Assembly: GCA_040753755.1 (NCBI GenBank)
Contig: JBFMDB010000017.1
Location: forward strand, 9,729-73,728
DNA from: Chloroflexota bacterium
GTDB taxonomy: Bacteria; Chloroflexota; Anaerolineae; Anaerolineales; Villigracilaceae
Direction: 5' to 3'
DNA: 64,000 nucleotides
A program made the position numbers and the translations under genes. The notes beneath the pieces were generated by a model. It ran no database searches. It was given only the letters and a program-made list of their open reading frames with translations, and was not told where the DNA came from. Shown piece by piece: positions 18,780 to 28,688 of this stretch; positions within the stretch are counted from its first letter, which is position 1; each line of letters starts with the position of its first letter.

Positions 18780-19823
18780 ATGAACCGAATCTTTTCCTTC
18801 CTCACCATTCTCGTTATCGCCACACTCGCCTGCTCGCTGCCAGCCACAGAAATACCATCAGCCGAAACTCTGCCCACTGAAACAGTCACCCAGCCCGAAG
18901 TCCAGAAAGAGGTGGGCGAAGTTGTCCTCTACTTCACCATCGGAATGCACATCGAACCGATGGGCGAAACTGCACAGGGATATGGCAGCGGCAAAGCCGA
19001 TTATCACACCCCGCAATTCTTCGATAAACATGTGCAGGACATCCTGAAAGTTACACAGATCGTCGAAGCCCATGGCGGACGTATGACCATTCAGGCGCAA
19101 AGCCCGTTCACCACGGTGGTGATTGAGTCGGGTAACACCATCCTCACCGACCTCGCCGCCAGCGGACATGAGATCGCCCTCCATTTCCATGAAGATGCAC
19201 ATCTCGGAAAGAACTCCGAAACGCTTTCGGTGCAGCAATGGTGTGACGTAATGAAGGAAGAGATGGCTTACATCACGCAGGCTTCGGGCGTGACGGACAT
19301 CCGCTATTGGAGCGGCGGCAATTTGTACGTCAATTTGTTTGAAGCCGCCGAGTGTGCCGGTTTGGATGTGAACAGCGATTGGAAGAATCCGCAGATGCAA
19401 ACCACCGATCTTTCGCTCGTGGGTGTCAACCCCTGGCGACCCGCAGGCGGCACCGATGGCACCGACTTCACACTCTTCACCCAGAACGACCCGAACGGCG
19501 CGATCATCTTCCTGCCCGAAGGCGAATATGACAAGACTGATTTTGCTGCCTCGCGTCGCAGTGACGAAGCAGGCGGTGATGAAGCCTACTTTGAATATCT
19601 CAAAGAGAGTCTGTATGCCTCGCTCGCAGCCGCACAGCCTGGGCAGGTCAATGTCTTTCACTTCACGGTTCACCCCGGCGAATTTCGCGGCGACAGGCAA
19701 GACCCATTCGGCGTCATTGAAAAATTCCTCACCGAAGTTGTTGATCCTCTTGTTGCCAGCGGCGATGTGCAATGGATGACCTTCTCCGAGATGGCGGATG
19801 CGTATGCGGAAACAGAACAGTAG
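18780..19823 (+). CDS. Secreted lipoprotein, putative deacetylase-like metal hydrolase (function uncertain)
   Basis: Start moved to ATG 18780 (SD aaaaggaga). Signal/lipobox MNRIFSFLTILVIATLAC. His-rich motifs FTIGMHIEP and GHEIALHFHEDAH. Confidence 0.55.
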   Translation: MNRIFSFLTILVIATLACSLPATEIPSAETLPTETVTQPEVQKEVGEVVLYFTIGMHIEPMGETAQGYGSGKADYHTPQFFDKHVQDILKVTQIVEAHGGRMTIQAQSPFTTVVIESGNTILTDLAASGHEIALHFHEDAHLGKNSETLSVQQWCDVMKEEMAYITQASGVTDIRYWSGGNLYVNLFEAAECAGLDVNSDWKNPQMQTTDLSLVGVNPWRPAGGTDGTDFTLFTQNDPNGAIIFLPEGEYDKTDFAASRRSDEAGGDEAYFEYLKESLYASLAAAQPGQVNVFHFTVHPGEFRGDRQDPFGVIEKFLTEVVDPLVASGDVQWMTFSEMADAYAETEQ

Positions 19824-19876
19824 ACAAGTAAACACGTAAACTGGTAGACACGTAGACAGGTAGACAGGTAGATAGC
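19821..19876. repeat. Degenerate tandem heptamer/octamer array (GTAGACA units)
   Basis: tagacaagtaaacacgtaaactggtagacacgtagacaggtagacaggtagatagcc, between two lipoprotein genes. Confidence 0.7.
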
Positions 19877-19877
19877 C

Positions 19878-20978
19878 ATGAAACTATTAATGCACTTGAT
19901 GCTTTTTCTGACATTTGCCATGATGGCTTGCAATTGGACAGCTACGCCTCTGACTCCGCCCGTGCCTGATTCTGTTCCCCCAGCCGAATCCTCCGCCGAC
20001 ACCTCGCACCTGACACCATACATCTCCTTCATCATCAACGTCCACGACTGGACTCACCCCGACGAAAGCGCGGACATCCTGCTCCAACTCGTGGACCTGT
20101 TCGAGCGTTATGGCGTGCGCGGCGATTTCTACTTCACTGCTGAGATCACCCGCGAACTGGCAGAGAAGCATCCCGAAGTGATCGAACGCTTCCGCAACTC
20201 AAATATGACCATCAGTTACCACGTCCGCCCGCCGCACCCGCTGTACACCGGATTCGATTCGCGCCTGAAAAATCTAAGTGACGACGAGTTGTATCAAACC
20301 CTGCTCGATTATGAGACCTACGCTCTCGACCTCGAGACAGGTGAATTGGACAAATCCCAACCCGGCGGCTACACCTACGTTGCCCATATCTTTGGCAGAA
20401 ATCCAGTTGTGGCTCCCGCGCCAAACAACGATCCACGCATCAGAGACGCCGCGCAGAGAGTCTATGCCAGCCTCGGCGCACAGATGACTCTGCTGTATCA
20501 CGAGTCGGGCACAAAGGTCGAACAACCTTTTGAATACACCAATGGCTTGCTTGTGCGTCCCAGCGATTTCAGCATCACACGCACAACATCCATAGATGGC
20601 GGCGACAACTTCTGGTGGAATTTTATGTCCAAGCCGAATGCGGCGGAGTACAACCCGACCCAATTTCTGCAAACTCAACTGGCAAAATGGGAAAACCAGA
20701 ATAACGGGCGCGCGCCGTTCCTCACCGCGCTCATTCACGAAAACAATTTTTACCGCTCCGGCGCAGAAGCGTGGTCGTCCATCTATTTCACAATGGACAA
20801 GGGAAAGAAAGACCAACCCCTGCCCGCCCCGTGGAATTTATCTGCACCTGACCCATCCACGTTGCGCGCAGAGAAAGACCAAGCCGCCATCTTTGCAGCC
20901 TATGAAGAACTGGTTGCCTACGCTGCTGCGAATCTAACCGTGGTCACTTCGGAAGATATTGTGAAGATGGCGAAGTAA
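19878..20978 (+). CDS. Secreted lipoprotein, putative deacetylase-like hydrolase (function uncertain)
   Basis: Lipobox FAMMAC, Pro/Ser-rich linker, ISFIINVHDWTHPDES and MTISYHVRPPHP motifs. Its layout resembles the preceding gene. Confidence 0.55.
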   Translation: MKLLMHLMLFLTFAMMACNWTATPLTPPVPDSVPPAESSADTSHLTPYISFIINVHDWTHPDESADILLQLVDLFERYGVRGDFYFTAEITRELAEKHPEVIERFRNSNMTISYHVRPPHPLYTGFDSRLKNLSDDELYQTLLDYETYALDLETGELDKSQPGGYTYVAHIFGRNPVVAPAPNNDPRIRDAAQRVYASLGAQMTLLYHESGTKVEQPFEYTNGLLVRPSDFSITRTTSIDGGDNFWWNFMSKPNAAEYNPTQFLQTQLAKWENQNNGRAPFLTALIHENNFYRSGAEAWSSIYFTMDKGKKDQPLPAPWNLSAPDPSTLRAEKDQAAIFAAYEELVAYAAANLTVVTSEDIVKMAK

Positions 20979-21025
20979 TTTAGTGCCGCGAGATTAATCT
21001 CGCGCCACCATGAAAGGAAACTCAA

Positions 21026-22375
21026 TTGATAAAAAATAAAGCAGTCACTTTCGCCATTCTCATTGCAACTCTTCTGACGTCATGCAGCGCTGAAGTTGTA
21101 TCAACGCCTGTCGTTTCCACAGTTTCAGCAGAAGCGATTCTGCCCGCCCCCACAGAAAACACCTCCCCACCGAACATTATTCTGGTCATCGCCGATGATG
21201 TGGGGATCGACTCCAGCCCGTGTTATGAAGTCGGCGCGGAGAAACCAAACATGCCAAACCTCGAAGCCTTATGCAAATCTGGCGTTGTTTTCGATAACGT
21301 ATGGGCAACCCCGGCATGTTCGTCCACGCGAGCCGCGATCCTCACAGGGCAATACGGTCTGCGAACCGGAGTCCTTGCTGCTGGAGAAAGGCTTGAGGAT
21401 ACCGAGTCGATCTTTGATGTTCTCTCAAAGGATGCACCTGTACCATATGCAAATTCGGTCATCGGCAAGTGGCATGTGGGCGGGAAACAGCCCGACCCCA
21501 ATCACCCGGCAATGCTTGGCGTGAATCACTACGCGGGTTTCCTTTCTTCCGGTTTGAAAGATTATTACGAGTGGGAGATCACAGAAGACGGTGTCCGCTC
21601 GCAAGTGAACGGCTACGCCACAACCGTCTTCACCGACAAAGCCCTGGAATGGGTCGAAGCCCAAGATTCGCCCTGGTTCTTGTGGCTGGCATATAACGCG
21701 CCGCATGTTCCAAACCACATCCCGCCTGATGGAATGTATACCCAGCAGGGACTGACGGGAACGCCGCGAGATATGCGGCAAAACACCCGTTCGTATTATT
21801 TTGCAGCGCTGGAAGCATTGGACTTTGAAATGGGGCGTCTGCTCAATTCCCTGTCGCCTGAAGTCCGCGCCAATACGGTGGTCATCTTCATCGGCGATAA
21901 CGGGTCGCATGACACCGTCTCACAGGGATTCGATCCTGAAAAGACAAAGTTCACGGTGTATGAAGGCGGCATCCATGTGCCGATGGTCATTGCAGGGGAT
22001 GGCGTTACGCAGATGGGTACACGCGAAGATGCGCTCGTCAATATCACGGACCTATTTGCCACAATCGCAGAGATGGCGGGCGTCGCCGAAGTCTCCCAGC
22101 CCGATAGCGTCAGTTTCATGGATGCGTTGACCAACCCATCCTTTGCAGGGCGAGAATATGCGTATTCTGAATTCCGCTTTGAAGACGGCAGCACAGCCTG
22201 GACGGTTCGCAACCTTCAATACAAGTTGATTGAGTATTCCGATGGGCGCAGGGAGTTGTACGATCTGTCCCTTGATCCATTTGAGAGCAATGATCTTCTG
22301 GCAGGTGGCATCTCAGAAGAAATGGCTGCCGTCATTTCGGAATTTGAAAACTATAGGAAAGGACTTCAACCATGA
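21026..22375 (+). CDS. Sulfatase-family (alkaline phosphatase superfamily) lipoprotein
   Basis: TTG start. Lipobox LLTSC, IILVIADDVG, PNLEALCKSGVVFDNVWATPACSSTRAAILTGQYGLRTG (sulfatase signature region), GKWHVGG. Confidence 0.85.
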   Translation: MIKNKAVTFAILIATLLTSCSAEVVSTPVVSTVSAEAILPAPTENTSPPNIILVIADDVGIDSSPCYEVGAEKPNMPNLEALCKSGVVFDNVWATPACSSTRAAILTGQYGLRTGVLAAGERLEDTESIFDVLSKDAPVPYANSVIGKWHVGGKQPDPNHPAMLGVNHYAGFLSSGLKDYYEWEITEDGVRSQVNGYATTVFTDKALEWVEAQDSPWFLWLAYNAPHVPNHIPPDGMYTQQGLTGTPRDMRQNTRSYYFAALEALDFEMGRLLNSLSPEVRANTVVIFIGDNGSHDTVSQGFDPEKTKFTVYEGGIHVPMVIAGDGVTQMGTREDALVNITDLFATIAEMAGVAEVSQPDSVSFMDALTNPSFAGREYAYSEFRFEDGSTAWTVRNLQYKLIEYSDGRRELYDLSLDPFESNDLLAGGISEEMAAVISEFENYRKGLQP

Positions 22376-23322
22376 AACGACTTTCTTTTTTCATCACGTT
22401 TTTGGCGGTCATCTCGCTGGCATGCAATGCGGGGCAGCGTCAACCCACAGCGACGGTCGAGCCCACTGAAACAGCGACCGGTTCCCCCGTCGAGACAGAG
22501 GCGGGAACTTCATCCGCTCAATTTGATTCATCCAAACTTGGCACCGTCGAAAAAGACATCACCTATTGCACAGTGAATGGAGTTGCGTTGAAGATGGATA
22601 TGTATTACCCGTCTGAAAACAATGGTCGATTTCCTGTGACGATGTATGTGCATGGCGGCGGCTGGAGTTCGGGCGATAAGGCGCAGGGTGCAGGGACAAT
22701 TGAAATCCCTGAATTGCAAAAAGCCGGATTTTTGGTTGTATCGGTCAATTACCGGCTTGCGCCTGAGTATGTTTTTCCCACCATGATCGAAGATGTGAAG
22801 TGCGCCGTGCGTTCACTGCGCGCTCATGCGGACGAATACAACCTCGACCCAAATCGCATTGGTGTGTGGGGCGGCAGCGCAGGCGGACATTTGGTAGCTT
22901 TGCTCGGCACCACGGATGAAAGTGCGGGCTTCGATGTGGGCGAATATCTTGAGCATTCCAGCCGTGTGCAAGCCGTGGTGGATATGTTCGGTCCTGCGGA
23001 TCTGACCGTGCAATTTCAGGGCGGCTACGAATCTGCCCGCCGCGTATTCGGCGACTTTGACGCCGCGCTCGCCAGCCCTGTGACGTATACGACTGTGGAC
23101 GATCCGCCGTTCTTGATGCTGCATGGAGAAAAAGATGCGCTTGTTCCCATTGAGCAATCGGAAATCCTACTGGCGGCATTGCAATCTGTGTGCGTGCCTG
23201 CCGAACTTGTGCCCGTCGTCAATGCGGGTCATTCCTTCAAGCCCGATGGCGGACAGATCAGCCCATCACGTAGGGAGATCACCCAGTTGGTTGTCGCGTT
23301 TTTTGAGGAGACGTTGAAATGA
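22372..23322 (+). CDS. Alpha/beta-hydrolase carboxylesterase lipoprotein
   Basis: Lipobox ISLAC, oxyanion HGGGW, nucleophile elbow GGSAGGH, later HGEKD; ATGA overlap with the sulfatase stop. Confidence 0.85.
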   Translation: MKRLSFFITFLAVISLACNAGQRQPTATVEPTETATGSPVETEAGTSSAQFDSSKLGTVEKDITYCTVNGVALKMDMYYPSENNGRFPVTMYVHGGGWSSGDKAQGAGTIEIPELQKAGFLVVSVNYRLAPEYVFPTMIEDVKCAVRSLRAHADEYNLDPNRIGVWGGSAGGHLVALLGTTDESAGFDVGEYLEHSSRVQAVVDMFGPADLTVQFQGGYESARRVFGDFDAALASPVTYTTVDDPPFLMLHGEKDALVPIEQSEILLAALQSVCVPAELVPVVNAGHSFKPDGGQISPSRREITQLVVAFFEETLK

Positions 23323-25376
23323 AAAAGCTGTATTTTTTTCTTGTTTTGCTCGCGCTTATAGGAGTTGCGTGCAATTTCGGCGCCATGCAACCATCTGAAA
23401 CCTCGTCCCTGACACCTGACACAGGATCACCTGGCACAGGGTCACTTGACACCGAAATACCTTTCTCCTTCTCCCTGCTTGACCTGCAAAACAATCCACT
23501 TGATGAGAACGTGGTCAAACTCTTCTCCGTCGCCGTGGACGATGAAAATAACCGCGTGTACGTGGCGGGCATCATGACCCCCGATGTAGCCATCCTCGAC
23601 GGCGCCACCGAAGAATGGATCGGCATCGTAAAAACAGGCATCACCGAACGCGGCATCAAATACATCTACTTCGACTCGTCCGCGCAGTATTTGTATGTCT
23701 TTGAAACCACCTCATCTACGCTTCACCGCGTCAACGTTGCCACTGGTGAAATGGCAGCGCCCGCCAAACTCAACGGCGGATTCGCCAGCGTCGCCTTTGT
23801 GGATGAAGTCCACACGCGCTTTTATCTCGCCACAAAAAAAGGACTGACCGCCTTCGACGGAAATACCCTGCAAGAACTTTTTGTCGTGCAAGGCTTGGGC
23901 GAAAATTCAGGCACGATGGTTTACGAAGAAGCAAGCGACTCGATTTACATGCTCGCTTCGCAAAACAAAACTGCCCGCTCCATCCTCGTCATCAACGCCG
24001 CCAGTGGAAAGGTCACAGACGAAATTCAATACACCACCCAAGCCAACGGACGCGCACGCGCCTTTTATTTCGACGCGCAAGAACGAACCTTCATCGTCGG
24101 CTTGGAGCGCACCGTCGTCATGCTCGATATGAACGGCAATGAACTCCGCGCCTTCCCGCTAAAAAATAGCGGCGCTCTCGAAAATATCCTCTACGACCCC
24201 GCCACCGACCAAACCTTCGCGCTCTCGGTTGCCCAGCCTGCAAACGGTCAAGTCGCGGGCATCGGCGGGCATGTGGACGTGTACGACAAAAACGGCAGTC
24301 TCACCCACAGTTTCGACTTCGGGCGCAAGCCGCACAACATGCACCTCAATTCGGCGAACGGTCACATTTACATCGCCAACGGCGACGCCTCCGTGCTGTG
24401 GAGCATTGACACCGCCAATCCCACCCAAGCCAATCCCCTGCGCCTCGGCGATAGCATCGAGCAGATCATTGTCTCTGGTGACGGCAGCACTCTCTACCTC
24501 TCCAGCCGCCTCGGTGGAAGTTACATCGCCCGCTATTCTTTAGTGGATGGAAGTGTCGCCTCTTTCTCCGCCGGAACCTGGCCCATCCCTCTGAGGCGAG
24601 ACTCCGCTGGAGATTTTCTCTTCTCCCTCAATGCCTGGGACAGTACCCTCTCCGTCTATTCGATGACTCAATCTGAGACCTTGCTCGGCACCATCCCGCT
24701 CGGAATCCCCGCAGGCTCCACTGACCGCCTGCCCGACCTCGCCATCGACTCAACTCACAAACTCGCCTTCGCCGCCTACCCTGAGTTCGGCACCGTCGCC
24801 GTGGTCAATTGGGAAACCATGCAACCCGTCACCACCATCAACATCCCCAACGCAGAGACGGGTGACACGGGCGGCGGACCGGGTCAATTGCAAGTCATCG
24901 TCAACGAAAGCGCGAACCGACTCTTCGTCTACGAACCGAAAGCCCGCACGGTTTACGTGTACGATACAGCAAATAACTTCTCCCTGCTCACCAGCGTGGA
25001 CGTGAAAGCCCAATCCAAATCCATCGGTCAATCCGACGCTGACCTGTTCTTCTTCGACGCACAGTCCAACCGTCTCTTCCTCGGCACAGTGGAGTTAGAC
25101 AGCACAACGGGTCAACCGAATGGCAACACCCTCCCCGCTGGCAACAAGATATTCGGCATGGACAGTGAAGACAACCTCTACTGGGTTCTCGACTCGCAAA
25201 GTAGCGCCATCCTCGCCATTGACCGTATATCACTTGCCATCCGTCACAGCCAACCCATGCCTGAACCTTCCTCCAACCTTGCCACCGCCGCCTACGACCC
25301 CGTAAACAAGAAGGTCTTCATTGGCTATCTCATCACCGCAAATTTGTATAGCTTTACGATTGGTCAGATCCCGTAA
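23319..25376 (+). CDS. Beta-propeller (YVTN/YncE-like repeat) lipoprotein
   Basis: Lipobox IGVAC. More than 10 repeats of the type NRVYVAG, QYLYVFE, HIYIANG, STLYLSS, NRLFVYE. ATGA overlap with the upstream gene. Confidence 0.75.
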   Translation: MKKLYFFLVLLALIGVACNFGAMQPSETSSLTPDTGSPGTGSLDTEIPFSFSLLDLQNNPLDENVVKLFSVAVDDENNRVYVAGIMTPDVAILDGATEEWIGIVKTGITERGIKYIYFDSSAQYLYVFETTSSTLHRVNVATGEMAAPAKLNGGFASVAFVDEVHTRFYLATKKGLTAFDGNTLQELFVVQGLGENSGTMVYEEASDSIYMLASQNKTARSILVINAASGKVTDEIQYTTQANGRARAFYFDAQERTFIVGLERTVVMLDMNGNELRAFPLKNSGALENILYDPATDQTFALSVAQPANGQVAGIGGHVDVYDKNGSLTHSFDFGRKPHNMHLNSANGHIYIANGDASVLWSIDTANPTQANPLRLGDSIEQIIVSGDGSTLYLSSRLGGSYIARYSLVDGSVASFSAGTWPIPLRRDSAGDFLFSLNAWDSTLSVYSMTQSETLLGTIPLGIPAGSTDRLPDLAIDSTHKLAFAAYPEFGTVAVVNWETMQPVTTINIPNAETGDTGGGPGQLQVIVNESANRLFVYEPKARTVYVYDTANNFSLLTSVDVKAQSKSIGQSDADLFFFDAQSNRLFLGTVELDSTTGQPNGNTLPAGNKIFGMDSEDNLYWVLDSQSSAILAIDRISLAIRHSQPMPEPSSNLATAAYDPVNKKVFIGYLITANLYSFTIGQIP

Positions 25377-25481
25377 TCTTGTAAGTCGCACTATGTATGG
25401 CGTTGCAGGGTTACTAAAAATTTACAATGCCATAATTATTTCATGACCTCTCTTGGGTAAGATAATAGCAGAACTAAATCT

Positions 25482-27560
25482 ATGACAAAGACTCGACTTA
25501 CTCTCCCCTTGATCACGTTTGCCTTGCTATTTATCCTCGCTTGCCGATTCACCACATTAAACTCGACGCCCGCGCCTGACTCTGTCCCCCCAACCTCTGC
25601 CCCCGCTGACTCCGCTCCGCTTTGCCGCGAAATCCTGCCCAGCGAAACGGACTCTGCCCTCACCCAATGGAACGAGCCGCACATCGTCTGCACGCCAGAT
25701 CAAGCCAACCAACGCGGTGAGCTGTTTGTCTTCCTGCCCGGCACGGGAGCGCTGCCATCGTACTACAGGCAACTCATGCAGACCGCCGCCGAAGCGGGAC
25801 TGCACGTCATTGACCTGCGCTACCCGAATGACGAAAGCGTCAACATTGACATCTGCCCCACTGACCCCGACGATAACTGTCACAAGTTGGTGCGTCAGGA
25901 AACCATGCAAGGCGTGGATGTTTCGCCGCACGTCGCCGTGGACAGCAAAAACTCCATTGAAGCCCGCCTGCAAAGCGCGTTGACTCACCTCGCCGCGCAA
26001 GCCCCCGCCGAAGGTTGGGAACAATTCCTGGAAAATGACTTGCCCAGATGGAACGCAATCGTTGTCGCGGGTCACTCCCAGGGCGGCGGACATGCCGTCT
26101 ATTTTGCCAAGATGCACCCGGTCAAGCGTGTCATCGCCTTCACCTGGGTGGATGTCCGCAAGCGTGAACTCGCTTCGTGGGTCACCAATATGCCCTCCGC
26201 CACCCCCGCCGAAAATTACTATCTGCTCTGGCATCATGACGACCAGCCGATTGCTGGCTATCAACCTGAACTGATGACCGCCCTCGGCATGGACAAGTTT
26301 GGCGCGCCTGTCATTGTGGAGCAAAGCGCCCCGCCCTACCAAAATACTCATTCCTTGATTGTCATCACCCCGCCTCCTGCCGACCAGATTGCCCACAACA
26401 CGCCAGTGGTAGATTTTGCCCTCAACTTCGACGCAAACGGCGCGCCGATTTACAAATCCGCCTGGAAATACTTGCTCACCCTCGAAGCGCCAACGACTGC
26501 TACCGCGTCCGCTCCAATCCGCAACTCCGTCAAAATGGGTAATTCGCCGCTCGGCTATATCGACCCCGAATTTTATTCCGCGCTCAACCTCGTCACCTTT
26601 GCCGACGCGGACATGAACGCCTGGCTCGCCGCGCTCGACCCGCAAACAGGTGGCTTCGTTTCTCCCGATGGCAGGGATATTTTCATCGACAGCGACCTCA
26701 CCCCCCTGCGCGTTTCTTTCAACGCCCCAGAATTCGGCGTGGACAAAAACGGCTGGGCGTTGTACTTCACCAAAGACGTGAACGGCGTCCCGCAAGTTTT
26801 CCGCGCCACCGTCAGCGGCGAAAGTGTCGCCACCGAAAACCTGACCTATGACGACATCACCCGCTTGAGCGTAAATGCAACCAGAAACCCTCTGCTCGAA
26901 AACACGCGGCTCTTGTATGCGTATGGTGGTTTCTCGCCCAATGAAGGCAGCATCGGCTGGCTGGATGAATCCGCGCCGCAGACCAGTGAGACCATCGCCG
27001 CACCAATTGACCGTGGCGCGCGCTGGATAGACGGCACGACCTCCTTCGCCTTCGTCCGCGATGGGCAAGCCGCGATTTACGACACCGAAACGAAAACCGC
27101 ACAAACCGTCACTGCCACGCCTGGGGAAAAGACCTACGCCTACGGCTGGCTCGCTCCCGAAACTGGCGGATTATTGATCCTGACCATCGTGGACGATTCG
27201 CGCCTCGAAATCTACGCCGACAACGGCTCGCCCACCTGGGACTTAATCGCCACCCTGAGCATCCCCGCCGAATCCGCCTACGGAGTCATCGGTTCCCCCG
27301 AAGCCTTCACCGCGAAGGGCAAATCGTATATCACCCTTGTCGTCAAAGAGAGCGCCAACTACGCCCCCGCCGAAGTCTGGGTTTGGGGCATCGAAAGCGG
27401 CGCGGAACGCTTCGCCCTGCGCTGTGACGACGGGCAGGGCGAACTCATCCGCTCCGACCCCGAAACGTACATCGCCGCAAACGAAGTCTTTGTCTATTAC
27501 AACCTCATTCGCGCCCAGACCTTCGAGATGTATCGTTGCGCCACTGGGCTGAAACCCTGA
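25482..27560 (+). CDS. Lipoprotein with N-terminal alpha/beta-hydrolase domain and C-terminal propeller-like domain
   Basis: Lipobox FILAC, PT-rich linker, GHSQGG nucleophile elbow; the C-terminal half is rich in beta-strand repeats. Confidence 0.7.
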   Translation: MTKTRLTLPLITFALLFILACRFTTLNSTPAPDSVPPTSAPADSAPLCREILPSETDSALTQWNEPHIVCTPDQANQRGELFVFLPGTGALPSYYRQLMQTAAEAGLHVIDLRYPNDESVNIDICPTDPDDNCHKLVRQETMQGVDVSPHVAVDSKNSIEARLQSALTHLAAQAPAEGWEQFLENDLPRWNAIVVAGHSQGGGHAVYFAKMHPVKRVIAFTWVDVRKRELASWVTNMPSATPAENYYLLWHHDDQPIAGYQPELMTALGMDKFGAPVIVEQSAPPYQNTHSLIVITPPPADQIAHNTPVVDFALNFDANGAPIYKSAWKYLLTLEAPTTATASAPIRNSVKMGNSPLGYIDPEFYSALNLVTFADADMNAWLAALDPQTGGFVSPDGRDIFIDSDLTPLRVSFNAPEFGVDKNGWALYFTKDVNGVPQVFRATVSGESVATENLTYDDITRLSVNATRNPLLENTRLLYAYGGFSPNEGSIGWLDESAPQTSETIAAPIDRGARWIDGTTSFAFVRDGQAAIYDTETKTAQTVTATPGEKTYAYGWLAPETGGLLILTIVDDSRLEIYADNGSPTWDLIATLSIPAESAYGVIGSPEAFTAKGKSYITLVVKESANYAPAEVWVWGIESGAERFALRCDDGQGELIRSDPETYIAANEVFVYYNLIRAQTFEMYRCATGLKP

Positions 27561-27575
27561 AAATGAGACCTCAAA

Positions 27576-28688
27576 ATGAAACACATATCAGTGTTCTTGA
27601 CTATTCTCCTCCTTGTCTCTCTCGCCTGCCGATTCAACGCCTCGGACTCTACGCCCGCACCTGTCCCTGTGACCCAGACTCCCGCCGCCGCTGATACTAC
27701 GCCCTCAACTCCTGTTTCCTATGATTGGTCTGCGCTTGATCAGGCGCTGGAAGATTTCGCGCCAGGCAAAGTGGATGGGTTGACCTTCCTCCTTGCCAAA
27801 GATGGGCAGGTGATCTATGAAAAGGCGTTTGGGAATCAAACGATGGACAGTTTCCTGCCGATTGCCTCCTCCACCAAAATGCCTTCGGCGATTGTGATTT
27901 TTACACTGGTGGAAGATGGCTTGCTCGACCTGGATGAGCCAGTCGCTACCTATCTCCAGGGACACATCAACTTACCTGCCGACAAAGCCGCCATCACCAC
28001 CCGCATGTTGCTCAACCACACATCGGGTTTGTTGGGGAATCCAGATTGTCTTGGAAATCGCGGACGTGGAACCCTGCAAGAGTGTGCCCAGGAGATTGCG
28101 AACGCGCCGCTTGAATTTAACCCTGGTACGCAGTTCGCCTACGGCGGCGGGAGTTTTCAAGTGGCGGGCTATGTTGCCGAAGTCGTGAGCGGTAAATCGT
28201 GGAATGACTTGTTTCAGGAGCGGCTGGCAAAGCCGCTGGGGCTGACGACGTTCACCTACAGCGGCGGCACACTGGGCAGTGACACAAATCCGCGCATTGC
28301 GGGCGGCGCTTCATCGGATGTATATGATTACAACAAAATCCTGCAAATGATTTTGAACGATGGTCAATATAACGAGACACAGATTCTTTCCCCACAAACG
28401 ATTCAAATGATGTCCACGAGCCAAATTTCTGGCTTGCCCCTGTCGCGCAGCCCTGGCGAAGACGATCTCCTGCTCGGTTATAGTTTCGGCTTTTGGGTTT
28501 CAGACCCATCCATCCACCCTGGCAGCAACGGTCCCGAGTTGAGCGACCAGGGCGCGTTCGGCTGCACTCCCTGGGTGGACTTCGATCTCGGTTATTCCGC
28601 TGTCCTGCTCATCAAAGACCGCACACGCACAGGGACGGAGATTTGGAACGCCATCCGCCCGATCATTATCGAGGAGTTCAAGAAGTGA
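27576..28688 (+). CDS. Serine hydrolase, beta-lactamase/PBP4 (class C-like) fold lipoprotein
   Basis: Lipobox VSLAC, SxxK motif ASSTKM, LLNHTSGL, YGGG. Confidence 0.8.
   Translation: MKHISVFLTILLLVSLACRFNASDSTPAPVPVTQTPAAADTTPSTPVSYDWSALDQALEDFAPGKVDGLTFLLAKDGQVIYEKAFGNQTMDSFLPIASSTKMPSAIVIFTLVEDGLLDLDEPVATYLQGHINLPADKAAITTRMLLNHTSGLLGNPDCLGNRGRGTLQECAQEIANAPLEFNPGTQFAYGGGSFQVAGYVAEVVSGKSWNDLFQERLAKPLGLTTFTYSGGTLGSDTNPRIAGGASSDVYDYNKILQMILNDGQYNETQILSPQTIQMMSTSQISGLPLSRSPGEDDLLLGYSFGFWVSDPSIHPGSNGPELSDQGAFGCTPWVDFDLGYSAVLLIKDRTRTGTEIWNAIRPIIIEEFKK

Noticed and set aside
19821-19876. The tandem GTAGACA array considered as a possible CRISPR array
   Set aside because: The units are 7-8 nt with no spacers, the total length is about 56 nt, and there are no cas genes. 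It is a simple-sequence repeat.
25557-27104. 515-aa minus-strand ORF antisense to the hydrolase-propeller lipoprotein gene
   Set aside because: Shadow ORF. It is Gly/Arg/Val-rich and low in complexity, with no start context. The sense frame has a signal peptide and catalytic motif.
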